Source: Lama glama
Lineage: Eukaryota
Length of the DNA: 64,000 nt
Assembly (NCBI GenBank): GCA_028534125.1
Contig: CM052817.1
Span: 19,966,001 to 20,030,000, forward strand
Direction: 5' to 3'
Below, piece by piece: positions 1 through 10,818 of this stretch (position 1 is the first letter of the stretch; the number at the start of each line of letters is the position of its first letter). The position numbers and the translations under genes were made by a program. The notes beneath the pieces were generated by a model. The model ran no database searches and was not told the origin of the DNA. It worked only from the letters and a program-made list of their open reading frames with translations.

Positions 1-250
1 CAAAGTCTTTTGTAAAACATTTCCACGTTCTTTTAAAAATAAATGCCAAAGTAGGTGATATATAACCATTCATAACTATCATTAGGCATCGACAAGGAAA
101 GAGTGGGGCTCCAACAGACACCAGAAATTAGTCAGAAATGAGATATTTATAATATTCATTACAGGTCTAAGTTTTACAGATCTGTGACATCTTTAACTGA
201 CAATCTGAATTCTGTTTTCTAAACATAATGCACTTGATTTTCTTATCTGT

Positions 251-254
<4 letters not shown>

Positions 255-278
<24 letters not shown>
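255..278. repeat. (TG)12 microsatellite
   Basis: Perfect TG dinucleotide run read directly. Confidence 0.95.
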
Positions 279-281
<3 letters not shown>

Positions 282-1897
282 TTTAAGGAGAAATCAAGCA
301 ATATGCCATCTAGAAGGAATAGTTGGAAGGAAAAACGTTCAGATTATTTCTTCATGTGTCTTGGAATCTCGTGACTACTGATGGAGATTTCAGTGCTGTG
401 AAGGCATTGTTTAAACACAGGAGTGATAATTGTCCAGTTTTTCTCTCATTGGTATGTTTTTTCAATTTAGAGAGTCAGGGATGGGAGCAGGACAACAACC
501 AGAAATGACCAGAAGCCGGGAAAAGTTTAGAGGGGAGTACACGTATTGAGAATGAAAACTATAGAACTAGACATCTATCCTCAAGTTTAGCTCAAGGTAA
601 AGGAGTCAAAATCTGGATATATGGTAGAATGAAACTGGGAATCACAGCAAGGGCTGAAGTAAATTAAAATAGTTTAAGTTCCTATTTTCAGGTTCCCCAG
701 GCTCATGTTTATTGATCAGCAAATGGATGGTGCCCAGGTAGATAGTTCAGCACAAATGCAAGGTCATAGACATTCAGTGTTATCAAAGTCAAAACTGTAA
801 CTCCTTGAAGAGAAACTCTGAAGTATGTATTCCATGAGTAGCAGGTTACATATTTGCTCTTTGCCAACCCAACGTTCATACATAGCTCTCCTAACCCAGG
901 AGCACTCTTGTTTTTGTTCCTCAGCATCTGAGTAAATAGATTGGATCTACAGTTTGACACTTAGACCTGAAAGAACAAAAACTGCCTAGTGTCTTATGCA
1001 CTTTCTCATATTTTATTTTCTATCAAAAATATCTTCAGTAAATAATATTGTATTCAGATAAGGGCTTGAGGGAATGGTATCTTAGAGTCAGAAAAAATGG
1101 GGAGGTTTGTTAGAGAAAAAAGAAGGTGGACCTTGAAAGCAGACTTTTATTTTGCTGGCTATGGCATGAAATTGGGCAAGTTACTTAATGCTTAGGACCC
1201 AGAGATTATACATATTAGGATTAATAAAGCTTTATTGGCTTTTTAGTGCAATTCAAGCAAGAAGAGCATAGAGGGGAATCAGGAAATGTCAGTTCACTCC
1301 CTGACTTATTTTGCTTCCTGAAGCTCAAGTTAGCCTCCAGTAAGCCCAGCTCTCCAGGGTAGCATGCCTTAACTGGGGCTCTCCCCGCATGTCGCCTCTG
1401 CGTTTTTCAGACGTCAGTAGAAAGAAGTAGACATCACCACCTGATGTGTTTCTGAAGTAATAGAGATTTGTAATATAAGTGATTCAAGATAAATAACCAA
1501 AATGCAGTGTGAAAGGAGAGACCCTAAGTTACCCCTAAAATTACCTTTGCATGTGGATGTATAAATATGATTATCATGTTTCATTGGATGCTTTTAATTT
1601 TAAAATAATATGAAACGACACTGGTGTAATGAAAGCCTCATGTTGTAATTCACCATTACAAAACTGTTAAATATAAATCTTTTCCTTTGTCCATTCAATT
1701 AAATAAAGAGAAGGAGAGAAAGTAAGAGATAATGAGAGAAAAAAATATTTTTAGACAGTATTATAAATCTTCAGTATAAGAATAACTTTTTTATAATGGA
1801 CCATGGAGATTTGTTTATTTAGATGGTACTTAAATTAAAAAGTGTACAGTACTATAAATGATAGCAAAGTATATGTTTATCCTTGAGTTAATGATTA

Positions 1898-2120
1898 TAG
1901 CTACCATTTATGGAATGTTTACTACATGGCAGGCAGAGTAGAAAGCACTTTATATTTTTACACAATCACCCCTGCAAACCTTCCTGGAAAAGGTATTTTA
2001 ACATTTCTAGTACTCAAGTGAGAAACATAAAACTTAGAGCAGACATATAACTTACATAGCTTAATATTATACATTGATTAATACTAGACCCTAATTTGTA
2101 TCTGAATGAAGTGGAAGCCA
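1898..2120 (-). mobile_element. MIR SINE, degenerate
   Basis: gctaccatttatggaatgtttactacatggcaggc...agcactttat...gtgagaaacataaaacttagag resembles the MIR antisense consensus (recalled). Boundaries approximate. Confidence 0.6.
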
Positions 2121-2137
2121 TTACTTTTAAAAAAAGA

Positions 2138-2368
2138 CCCCATAAGGCTCTCAGCTGATTTCTCTACACAAATGCTATAGGAGAAGGGAGTGGCAAGATA
2201 TATTCAAAGTCCTGAATGAAAAAAAGATGCAGTCTAGGATACTCTATCCAGCAAGGCTATCCTTTAGAATAAAAGGAGAGATAAAGAACTTCACAGACAA
2301 GCAAAAACTAGAAGAGTTTAGCAACACTAAACCCATGCTAAAAGAAATATTGACAGGTCTTACTCTAA
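2138..2368 (+). pseudogene. L1 ORF1p C-terminal domain fragment (disrupted)
   Basis: ORF-track 2227-2478 starts MQSRILYPARLSFRIKGEIKNFTDKQKLEEFS, the ORF1p C-terminal domain. The natural stop is probably taa at 2366-2368, bypassed by an apparent 1-nt frameshift. There is also an upstream stop/deletion near 2178. Confidence 0.85.
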
Positions 2369-2876
2369 ATAGAAAAGCAGCAGGATGCTACAAAAATGAG
2401 AAACTCATAACTGGAAGGGAGATAACTGCCATGAATTACAAAAAGAACAAACACCAAATTGTAAACGAAGACATCTAAATCATTAAGAGTGGGAGAGGGA
2501 AGCAAGGAAATCCACTGTGGAAAACAGTATGGAAATTCCTCAAAAGACTAGGAATAGACTTACCAAATGACCCAGGAATCCCGCTCCTGGGCTTATATCC
2601 AGAAGGAACCCTACTTCAAAATGACACCTGCACCCCAGTGTTCATAGCAGCACTATTTACAATAGCCAAGACATGGAAACAGCTTAAATGTCCATCAACA
2701 AATGACTGGATAAAGAAGATGTGGTGTATTGTACAAAGGAATGCTATTCATCCACAAAAACCAACAACATAACGCCATTTGCAGCAACATGGATGTCCTA
2801 GAGAGTGTCATTCTAAGTAAGTAAACCAGAAAGAGAAAGAAAGTTTCTGTATGAGATCACTTATATGAGGAATCTA

Positions 2877-2910
<34 letters not shown>

Positions 2911-3200
2911 AAACAGAAACAGACTCATGGACATAGAATACAAACTTGTGGTTGCCAAGGGGGCAGAGGGTGGGAAGGGACAGATTGGGATTTTAAAATG
3001 CAGAATAGATAAACAAGATTATACTGTATAGCACAGGGAAATACATACAAGATCTTGTGGTAGCTCATAGTGAAAAAAATGTGACAATGAATATATACAT
3101 GTTCATGTATGTCTGAAAAATTATGCTGTACACTAGAATTTGACACAACATTGCAAAATAACTATTACTCAATAAAAAAAATGTAAAAAAAAAAAAAAAA
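2138..3200 (+). mobile_element. Young L1, 5'-truncated and internally deleted: ORF1 C-terminus + spacer joined to ORF2 C-terminus + 3' UTR + poly(A)
   Basis: 2138-2368 translates to ORF1p C-terminal motifs (PIRLSADFS, REWQDIFKVL, RILYPARLSF, FTDKQKL, LKEIL). 2512 onward translates to the ORF2p C-terminus ([44 protein letters not shown]). AATAAA at 3171 and poly(A) at 3185-3200. Upstream tttt|aaaa endonuclease site at 2125-2132. Possible TSD aaaaaaaga (2129-2137 / 3194-3202). Confidence 0.93.
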
Positions 3201-4034
3201 GAAAAGGCAATACCTGGTGGCCTTCTCTGAATGTGCTATGACAAGGAGAAACATTTTAAGACATATCAGCTACACATTTTCCACCTGAAAACCAACTTAC
3301 AAGATGCTTTGGAGTCAAAATTTCAAGGTCTATTTTGTTTTCATCCTTCTGATACATAATCTGATTTATTTGTAGCCTTCACATTCTATTTTTTTTCTTG
3401 GCCTGATGTGCAATTTTAAATACTGTGTGCAGCTAGGATATGTTATGACAAAAAGATGTGTTTAAATATGCAATTGTTTTTAGTAGCTCACTTATTTCTT
3501 TATAGCTCAGTTTGATCTTGTCAGACATAATGTAGATAATTATAGCAGCAAAAATACAAATTAATTACACGTGCTCTTGATTTTTGATTTTGTGCTACCC
3601 TACAATGCAATGCGGTTTTGATTTCACATTTAAAAATCCTTAATGAATAATCCTCAATTTCCTTTATGCCAAGATAAAGAAATAAAGCCAGGTTTTATTA
3701 TTCCTCAAATGTTTAGTTCTAAGGGAATTTTAAAATAGGTATTAAACTAGTTGTAATTAAAATATCACAGACTTGGGGTGCAAATATAATCAAGTCAACA
3801 TGTACAACAGCTTAGGAATAGTCAGTCTGGTTTATATGGCACATTTATCCTACTATTCTAGCCCTTTGAAATATGCCAATATATAAAATAATTTCAGTTT
3901 AAATTCACTTTTAAAATAACTATGACATACTTTTAAGTAAATTAACTACTAGCGTGTTCAAGAATATGGATTTTTTTTTAACATTTTCTCAGCATAGTGT
4001 AGAATAGAATCCATATGGCACAAAGACTTACAGG

Positions 4035-4310
4035 AGGGGTTGGCAAACTGTGGCCCTCAGGTCAAATTAATTGTCTTTTCTTACAGATAAAGTTTTATTG
4101 GAACCCAGCCATGTCCATTAATTTACATATTGCCCAAATGTATCCAACATTGATTCATGGTTAAACCTAACCCTAACCCAACCCCTACTCCTAACCAAGG
4201 GTTGGACTTGAGTAGGTTAGAGGTGAGTAGTTTATAACAGAGACAATACAGTCCACAAGCATAAACTATTTATTACCCAACCCTTTACACAAGCAATTTG
4301 TTGACCTCAC
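4035..4310 (+). mobile_element. MER58A-like hAT-Charlie non-autonomous DNA transposon with internal insertion
   Basis: Left end aggggttggcaaact, internal ataaagttttattggaacccagcca, right end cccttta...tttgttgacc match MER58A as recalled. About 80 bp of foreign sequence lies at ~4136-4218. Confidence 0.8.
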
Positions 4311-4319
4311 ACTGAGAAC

Positions 4320-4565
4320 ATGGGAATTGAGTCAGAAAACATAGCTCTGCCATTTTATAGCTTATAACAGCCAAATTACGTAACTTTTCTTTAACTTCAC
4401 TTTTGAATTTTTATCTGTAGTTTTATCTCTAAATTCTAAATCTACAATCTAAAAGTTATAATAATACTTATATCAGGCTAATCTGATATTTAAATGAAAG
4501 AAGGTAAATACATTGCTTAGTCTAGTATCTGAAACAGAGAGGTTGCTCAGTAAATATTACATTGT
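4320..4565 (+). mobile_element. MIR SINE, degenerate
   Basis: gagtcagaaaac...gctctgccatt...aaatgaaag...gcttagtctagtatctg...ctcagtaaata follows the MIR layout. Confidence 0.55.
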
Positions 4566-6500
4566 TATTATTGATGCTGTTTTTGTCCTTGTTATTTATG
4601 AGCTTTCCTCTTAAGACTGCCTTAGCAACATCCACTTTTATGTAAATTACTAGATCGCCAACGTTTACATAATATAAAATATGAAATGATTAATGTAGTT
4701 CCGACATAGGCAAAGGGGCTTTCTTACTGTGTTATTTTATCCACTAGAGTGTCATAGAAGTACATCATTTAAAAAATATCTTTATTTCTAAGGTTAATAT
4801 ATTTACAGGAGATTTTCTGGGCAAACCTGGAGTTGACACGTTCAGCACCTGTAAAATACAGCTCATATATAGGTTGTGACTCTGAAGACATAAAAGTTGA
4901 TTTGCTAATACTAGTATTTTAACAGGGCATTCGCCTTTTAGGAATAATGTTTTCTTTTACATAAAATGTACATTCATTAAATTCTCTGTGAAAGGACAAA
5001 ATAAATAATCTTCCTAATGAAAGCTATGCTTCCTCCTTCCTCCCTGCAGAGTATAACCTAACTATAAACTGGAGCTATATTAAAAATAATCCAATGATAG
5101 TCTCTGATGCCATTTTTGAACACTTTTAAGGCCTGACAAAAGGGTCTTATGCTTTCATATTCTCTTCTAAATAATCAAGACCACCCTGCACATCATTCTT
5201 TGCACAGATGTCTACAGGGCTTGTTGCACTGAGGTGCTCTGGGTTTATGATTTCCTTCTCCTGCTGTCAGAGAGCAGTACATGCACAGGTCAACTTAGGG
5301 GTAGAAGGCAAAGGGCTAAGCTCACAGCAGACAAAAGCCCAGGCCCAGAGGAACATCACTGCGAGGTGCTGCTGGGTAGAGGTCAATGCAGTGTTACCGA
5401 CACGTCCACATATCTACATTTGGAAACCCACAACTAGACCTCGGCAGTTTCTAGACAATTGATGTTGAATTTTTTCAAAAGCTGTAATATTATGTACTTT
5501 TGATCTTTCCATCTTTCCATCATTTGCATATAAGCAATGTGTTCACTATGTGAAATTACCCAATTTGTTTCTTCTCAGCAAAATTTCCATTACCCTGGGT
5601 AAAACAGTGATAGCTTGTTCTTTCTCAATTAATATTTCTAACCTTCTTTGAAAAAGCAGTGACCTAGAATCTTCCTTGTTATGGAATTTGTCTTCGCATT
5701 TGTTAAGAAGAGATGTTAAACAACTTAGAATTACATTAAGATGTGTGAGACTATGACAGTGTACATGGATCGGGAGCCTGGAATATCTTACGAGCTGATC
5801 CCTTTCTGTATGCTAAGCATGTTTCCATAGGTCTCCTGAAGAACTCAAGAGAACTTACTATTCAGCTTACCTCTTCAACCATTATTAAGTGCCACATGAG
5901 AAAGTCAAAAATTCCCAGGGACTCTTTTTTTAATCTAGATAGTGCTCCGTATTTATTTAAGTTTCTATAAATCAATAAGCACCTTACATGATTATTAACA
6001 CATCTGGATGCTGATTATCAGAGTTTTAAAGGCACTCCAGAAGCAGCATTGCTTAGTATTCATATTTGGTGTTCATATATAGCACAGGGTATTTTCAAGC
6101 AATTTACAAACTGTCAGGGATCTGTGAGCCACTAATCAAAATTTATTGAAAATTGAAGAACGAGAGAGAAAGTAAGAGAGCAAGAACTAAATGGAGAAAT
6201 GTGGTTTGTAGCCAAGAAAAAAATCCTACCTGGGATTTGCTGCTCAAATGCTCTAGAAAATTAGGTAGATTGTAGATTATTGAATACATTTTCCAGAAAA
6301 CTACAGTAAAAGGGAAACAAAAGAGACAAATTTGCAGGGAGGCTGAGAGGGCATTGATTATCACCAGATTACCTTTAACCTGTCTAAGTTTGAAACTACA
6401 CTTTCAAAGAGTTGGAGAGAAAAGACAAAAGAGCAAGGAAATCAGAAGAATCTATTGCCAAAGACAAGATGGAGATGACATCAGTGCGGATGAGAATTAA

Positions 6501-6547
6501 ACACGCACATGTATGTGCACGCACGTGTACACACACACGCACACATG
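6501..6547. repeat. Uninterrupted 47-bp alternating purine-pyrimidine tract (CA/CG/TG/TA mix)
   Basis: acacgcacatgtatgtgcacgcacgtgtacacacacacgcacacatg read directly. Confidence 0.85.
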
Positions 6548-8911
6548 ACCCTACAACTGGGAGGTTTTGCCACGAAAGAGGAGCCTTTTAATGATCAAGT
6601 CAGAATATTAGGCATTAACTGGGGCTGACCCTATGCATCTGCAGGGAATGATCACCCTACATAAATTATGAGCAAGATCTTCAACCTACTAATTGCACTA
6701 ATGTAGCAGCCAGATCATTCACAGTTTTGCATCAAACTACCCTACATACATATTTATCTAGACATAATTCATCTGACACTTTTTTAATCAAATTTTGTTT
6801 CAAATCAAATGTAACTCTTTAGAATCGTACTTTAGTGTTAACGTGGGATTCACAGAAAGTTTGCTCTCTGCCCCCTAAGTGTTCTTGTCCTTACCTTTGG
6901 CTCTGCTCCTGTATAGTTTAATTTGTGCCATGGGAAAGACATGCTCTGATTTGCAATGACTTTAATAACCTATCTGTAGGCAAAAAGGAAATACCTGCAG
7001 ACACCTGCCAGGAGGTACATTTACGGAGAGGCACAGCCACATTCATTTGACATTTGTTTTGCAGGTTATATTTCCAGTTGATGTGCTTCGGATCTTTTTT
7101 TTTTTTCAAGTCTATTAGTCTGTACTTTTCAAAAGTGAAAAACGTTTCCTTGTTTTTTAACCAGATGCCTGACCCTTTTAGGTCCATGCATTTTTTTTTC
7201 CATTCCATCACCATTTATTTTCTTTTTCCATAAATCTAATATAGATGTTTTCACTCTATCATATTCTTCTGCTGTTCATTTTCCTTCATGTTAAAATTAG
7301 TTCTCAAGAAGACAATAGATATTAGCTTCCACTGAATGTTTCTCACATACATCTTTTCATGCTTAGTTTTGTTTCAGTTATCATGTGCAAAATGCTGCTT
7401 AACTCAAAACATAAAATATCTTTTAAATCAGGTAACACATTTATATTGAATATGTAAGTAGCCATGTGGATTTGGATAACAATTCTGTAATAACTTGTCA
7501 CCTACTTCTGCCTTAAGTTGGGTTGTGGTCAAATAAATTGATCTAGGGACTGGTCCTCTTGCCTAAGCACGAACTTTGTGATCCATCTTTGCAAATACTG
7601 TCTAGTCAGCTGGCATTCTTAAATCAAAAGTTTAGACAAAAGAGTATTATCTGGAGACAATGCAAACCACAGACAACTGTTTGCTATCCCCTGAATAGGT
7701 TGTTTTACACCACCACGGGATTCTGTCTGCCTGAAGGGATGGACCTTCTTCCTCAGCTTTAACTCCCTGCCAGCCTCATGACTCAATCCAAACGGTTCTT
7801 ATTATAAAATGAGTTTTTTCAAGCTTGTTTTGTTCCTTTTCCTTTTCTCTCCTTCAGTAGAAGGATCTTTTTTTCTTCTTCATTTTTAAATCTCATCTGA
7901 AACACATCTCTCATAGTAAGAAAGTTCAGCCTTCAGGGCAATGACCTCAGCCCTTAATCCCACAAAATAAACCAAAATTTTCTCCATGGTGCTTACTCTT
8001 TCATCTCCTCTGAGCATCCCTTGACCCCAATAAAGTGGTCTGTCTTAAGTGCTGTCTCTGTGATTTTGCTTTTAACTTTTAATTGCACAGATTGAGCTAG
8101 ACAGTACTAATTTTCATAAAAACACTATTGATTTATTTATGGACCCAGAGATTACATGAAATGCTACCGCACATCTTCTAGTACCTCTCACAAGCCTTGA
8201 CTATGTATTGTATTTCAGTATCTTGCCAAACTTCTTGTGTATCATTGTGCAAATACAATGATTGTTTGTTAACTCTCACAACACAAACATTATTTCTTCT
8301 ATAATTTTTGATAATTCAGCTTTTCAGTGACAGAAGTATATACCTCACGTTGATGTATTCTCTAATTTGCCCTTTTCCACCGTCTTTTCCTCTCCCCTGG
8401 TAAGATGTTCAATGATGTTAAGAAAAGATAAATTCCTTTATAACAAACTTTAAGAATCAGTGGAAACCTCATCTGAGAATTAAACAAGTTAACCAGTGAG
8501 TGAGGTTTGGTCATGTTTTGTTTATAGGATTTGTCTCATGATAACAATGAAATGGTACCTTAACATGATGATGCCATTACAATGAACACTAGGGAGAAAC
8601 TAGGTGAGTAAAACCAACCCACTTTGTAAACACTCAGCCAGATGGGGTAATTAGTTAGTCCAAGTCCCAATTAGAGCTACAGAAAGAATAATTGACCCTG
8701 TGACACCTGGTAGTCAGGTAGGATGTATTTAACTCAAATAAGTGAGTAGTATTGTAGTCCTAGGCTGTTTCTGCCCAGCCAAATAAGAGGGCCATGGTGG
8801 AAATTGGTTTAGCTAATTCAAGCCCATACTGGCCACATTACCTGGAAATTAACGTGTAAGTTGTAGTCACTTAATTAAAATAAATAAATACAAAAACAAC
8901 ATCAGTTTCAG

Positions 8912-9411
8912 NNNNNNNNNNNNNNNNNNNNNNNNNNNNNNNNNNNNNNNNNNNNNNNNNNNNNNNNNNNNNNNNNNNNNNNNNNNNNNNNNNNNNNNNN
9001 NNNNNNNNNNNNNNNNNNNNNNNNNNNNNNNNNNNNNNNNNNNNNNNNNNNNNNNNNNNNNNNNNNNNNNNNNNNNNNNNNNNNNNNNNNNNNNNNNNNN
9101 NNNNNNNNNNNNNNNNNNNNNNNNNNNNNNNNNNNNNNNNNNNNNNNNNNNNNNNNNNNNNNNNNNNNNNNNNNNNNNNNNNNNNNNNNNNNNNNNNNNN
9201 NNNNNNNNNNNNNNNNNNNNNNNNNNNNNNNNNNNNNNNNNNNNNNNNNNNNNNNNNNNNNNNNNNNNNNNNNNNNNNNNNNNNNNNNNNNNNNNNNNNN
9301 NNNNNNNNNNNNNNNNNNNNNNNNNNNNNNNNNNNNNNNNNNNNNNNNNNNNNNNNNNNNNNNNNNNNNNNNNNNNNNNNNNNNNNNNNNNNNNNNNNNN
9401 NNNNNNNNNNN
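8912..9411. other. Assembly gap (exactly 500 N)
   Basis: N run of round length, probably a placeholder. It abuts the L1 5' UTR. Confidence 0.99.
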
Positions 9412-9560
9412 AATGAATTAAGAAGTAAAAATTAAAAGAGTAATTGAAAATAGAACAGGTAAAAACCGATTAAAACAAAACAAAACAGAAACAAAAACAG
9501 AAAACAAAAAAACAAAACAAAGCAAAACAAAAACCAAAAAAAAAAAAAAAAAAAGGGGGG

Positions 9561-10818
9561 TTGTCGGTGTTCTCCTGGAGTCTGTGTGCTTTTAATGTGA
9601 AGTCCTTCTGTCTTCGTCCTGTTTTGGAAGCTCAGCTTGTCTTCATAGGCCCTCCGTTGGCGCCCTCTTCTGTGCTGCTCCCAGCACCTGTCGGCAAGCA
9701 GATCGCGCCTCCTCCTAACACGGGGTCAGGTGCAGCTCTCCTCTACTGTGGGCAGGCGGGTCACTGCCCCTCCGGAAGCCGCAGTCAGATGTTGCAGACT
9801 AGCCAGGCAGGAGGGCGGGTCGCGCCCTCTCCCAGCACCTCGGTCAGGGGTTGTGTTCCTGCCCGACAGGCGGGGGGGCCGCTCTCCCCCTGCCTGCGCC
9901 GCCGGTAGCTCCGCTGCTCTGTGCGGCTGCGCGCTCCGCGGGTGGGCTCGGGGAAGACCGAGGGGCAGCCTCGTCCCTGCTCCGAGCCAAGACCCAGCTG
10001 CTTGTTTGTCTTTGTGGAGCAAGTTCTCTGGGGTACCAGAATGGAAGGGTCCTGTCTGCCCAGGGCTGTAGGCCAGTCTCAGTCTGGCCCTTGAGGCTGC
10101 TAAGCCCTTCGGTGCGGATGCAGGTTTCGTCTCTGCCCCCGCCTGGGTGTTAAGCGCCAGAGAATATGGCGGCTCTGCCTGGGCCCCGCCCCTCTTCCCC
10201 TGAAAAGTTTCCGCCTGTTTTCAGAGATGGGGGTATGTACCCTTCCCCCGAGAGCACATCAACCGTGCTGTTTTATGGAGGGCCCAGGTTGCTCTGTCCT
10301 GTACACCCACAGCCCCAGCGCCCAGCCCCTTGCAGTCCCCCGGAGTTTCCTCCGTGCAGCCGCCCCCGTCCTCAGCCCAGATTATGCAGCCTGGCCCTGC
10401 CCGCTGCTGCCGGCCCGTGTCTCAGGTTGGGTGTCGGGGGGACGCTCTGTGCCCGTTTAACTTAGTTCTGTCAGACAAGGGCTGCTCTGTACAGATCCGA
10501 GCCTCGGAGGCTCCCCCTCCGTCCCGCTGGCCTCTCAGTTGGAGAGGGGAGACCCAGCGAGCCAGCGCCAGTCCTCCTTTGCCGCTCCCTCCCCGCGGGA
10601 CCCGTCCCGCGCTGCTTTGCCTTTTGTTCTTTCTTTTTTCCTTTTCTCCTACCAGATTTTTGGCGTCTTTATCTTTTGAAGAGGGCGATGATCTGTTGGA
10701 GTTCCGCAGGTGCTCTGGTTGGCTGAGTGGGTCTGTAGATGTGAGTCTTGGTGTATTTGTGGGAGAGGGTGGCTTACAAGCGTCCTTCTACTCCGCCATC
10801 TTGCCCGGAAGTCCCCCC
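9561..10818. promoter_or_regulatory. CpG-island-like segment (L1 promoter)
   Basis: The only extended GC/CpG-rich stretch in the window. GC boxes at ~10136-10143 and 10184-10192. Confidence 0.75.
10793..10803 (-). promoter_or_regulatory. YY1 motif at L1 5' end (CAAGATGGCGG)
   Basis: Plus strand ccgccatcttg, about 16 nt inside the L1 5' terminus, the position known for the L1 YY1 initiator site. Confidence 0.8.

Larger units (their letters stand above)
9412..10818 (-). mobile_element. 5' UTR/internal promoter of a young full-length L1; body runs into the gap
   Basis: Minus strand starts ggggggacttccgggcaagatggcggag, the L1 5' end with YY1 site. The ~1.25 kb CpG-rich segment is followed by a T-rich (minus-strand) stretch at 9412-9560, as in laurasiatherian L1 5' UTRs. 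The flank 10819-10836 gtcacttgattttttt|aa is a 16-bp putative TSD ending in a TTTT/AA endonuclease site. Confidence 0.9.

Noticed and set aside
8866..8876. gtcacttaatt as the left TSD of the 9412-10818 L1 (10/11 match to gtcacttgatt)
   Set aside because: It is followed by an A-rich rather than T-rich run, which is inconsistent with the tail of a minus-strand L1. Probably coincidental, though gap closure would settle it.
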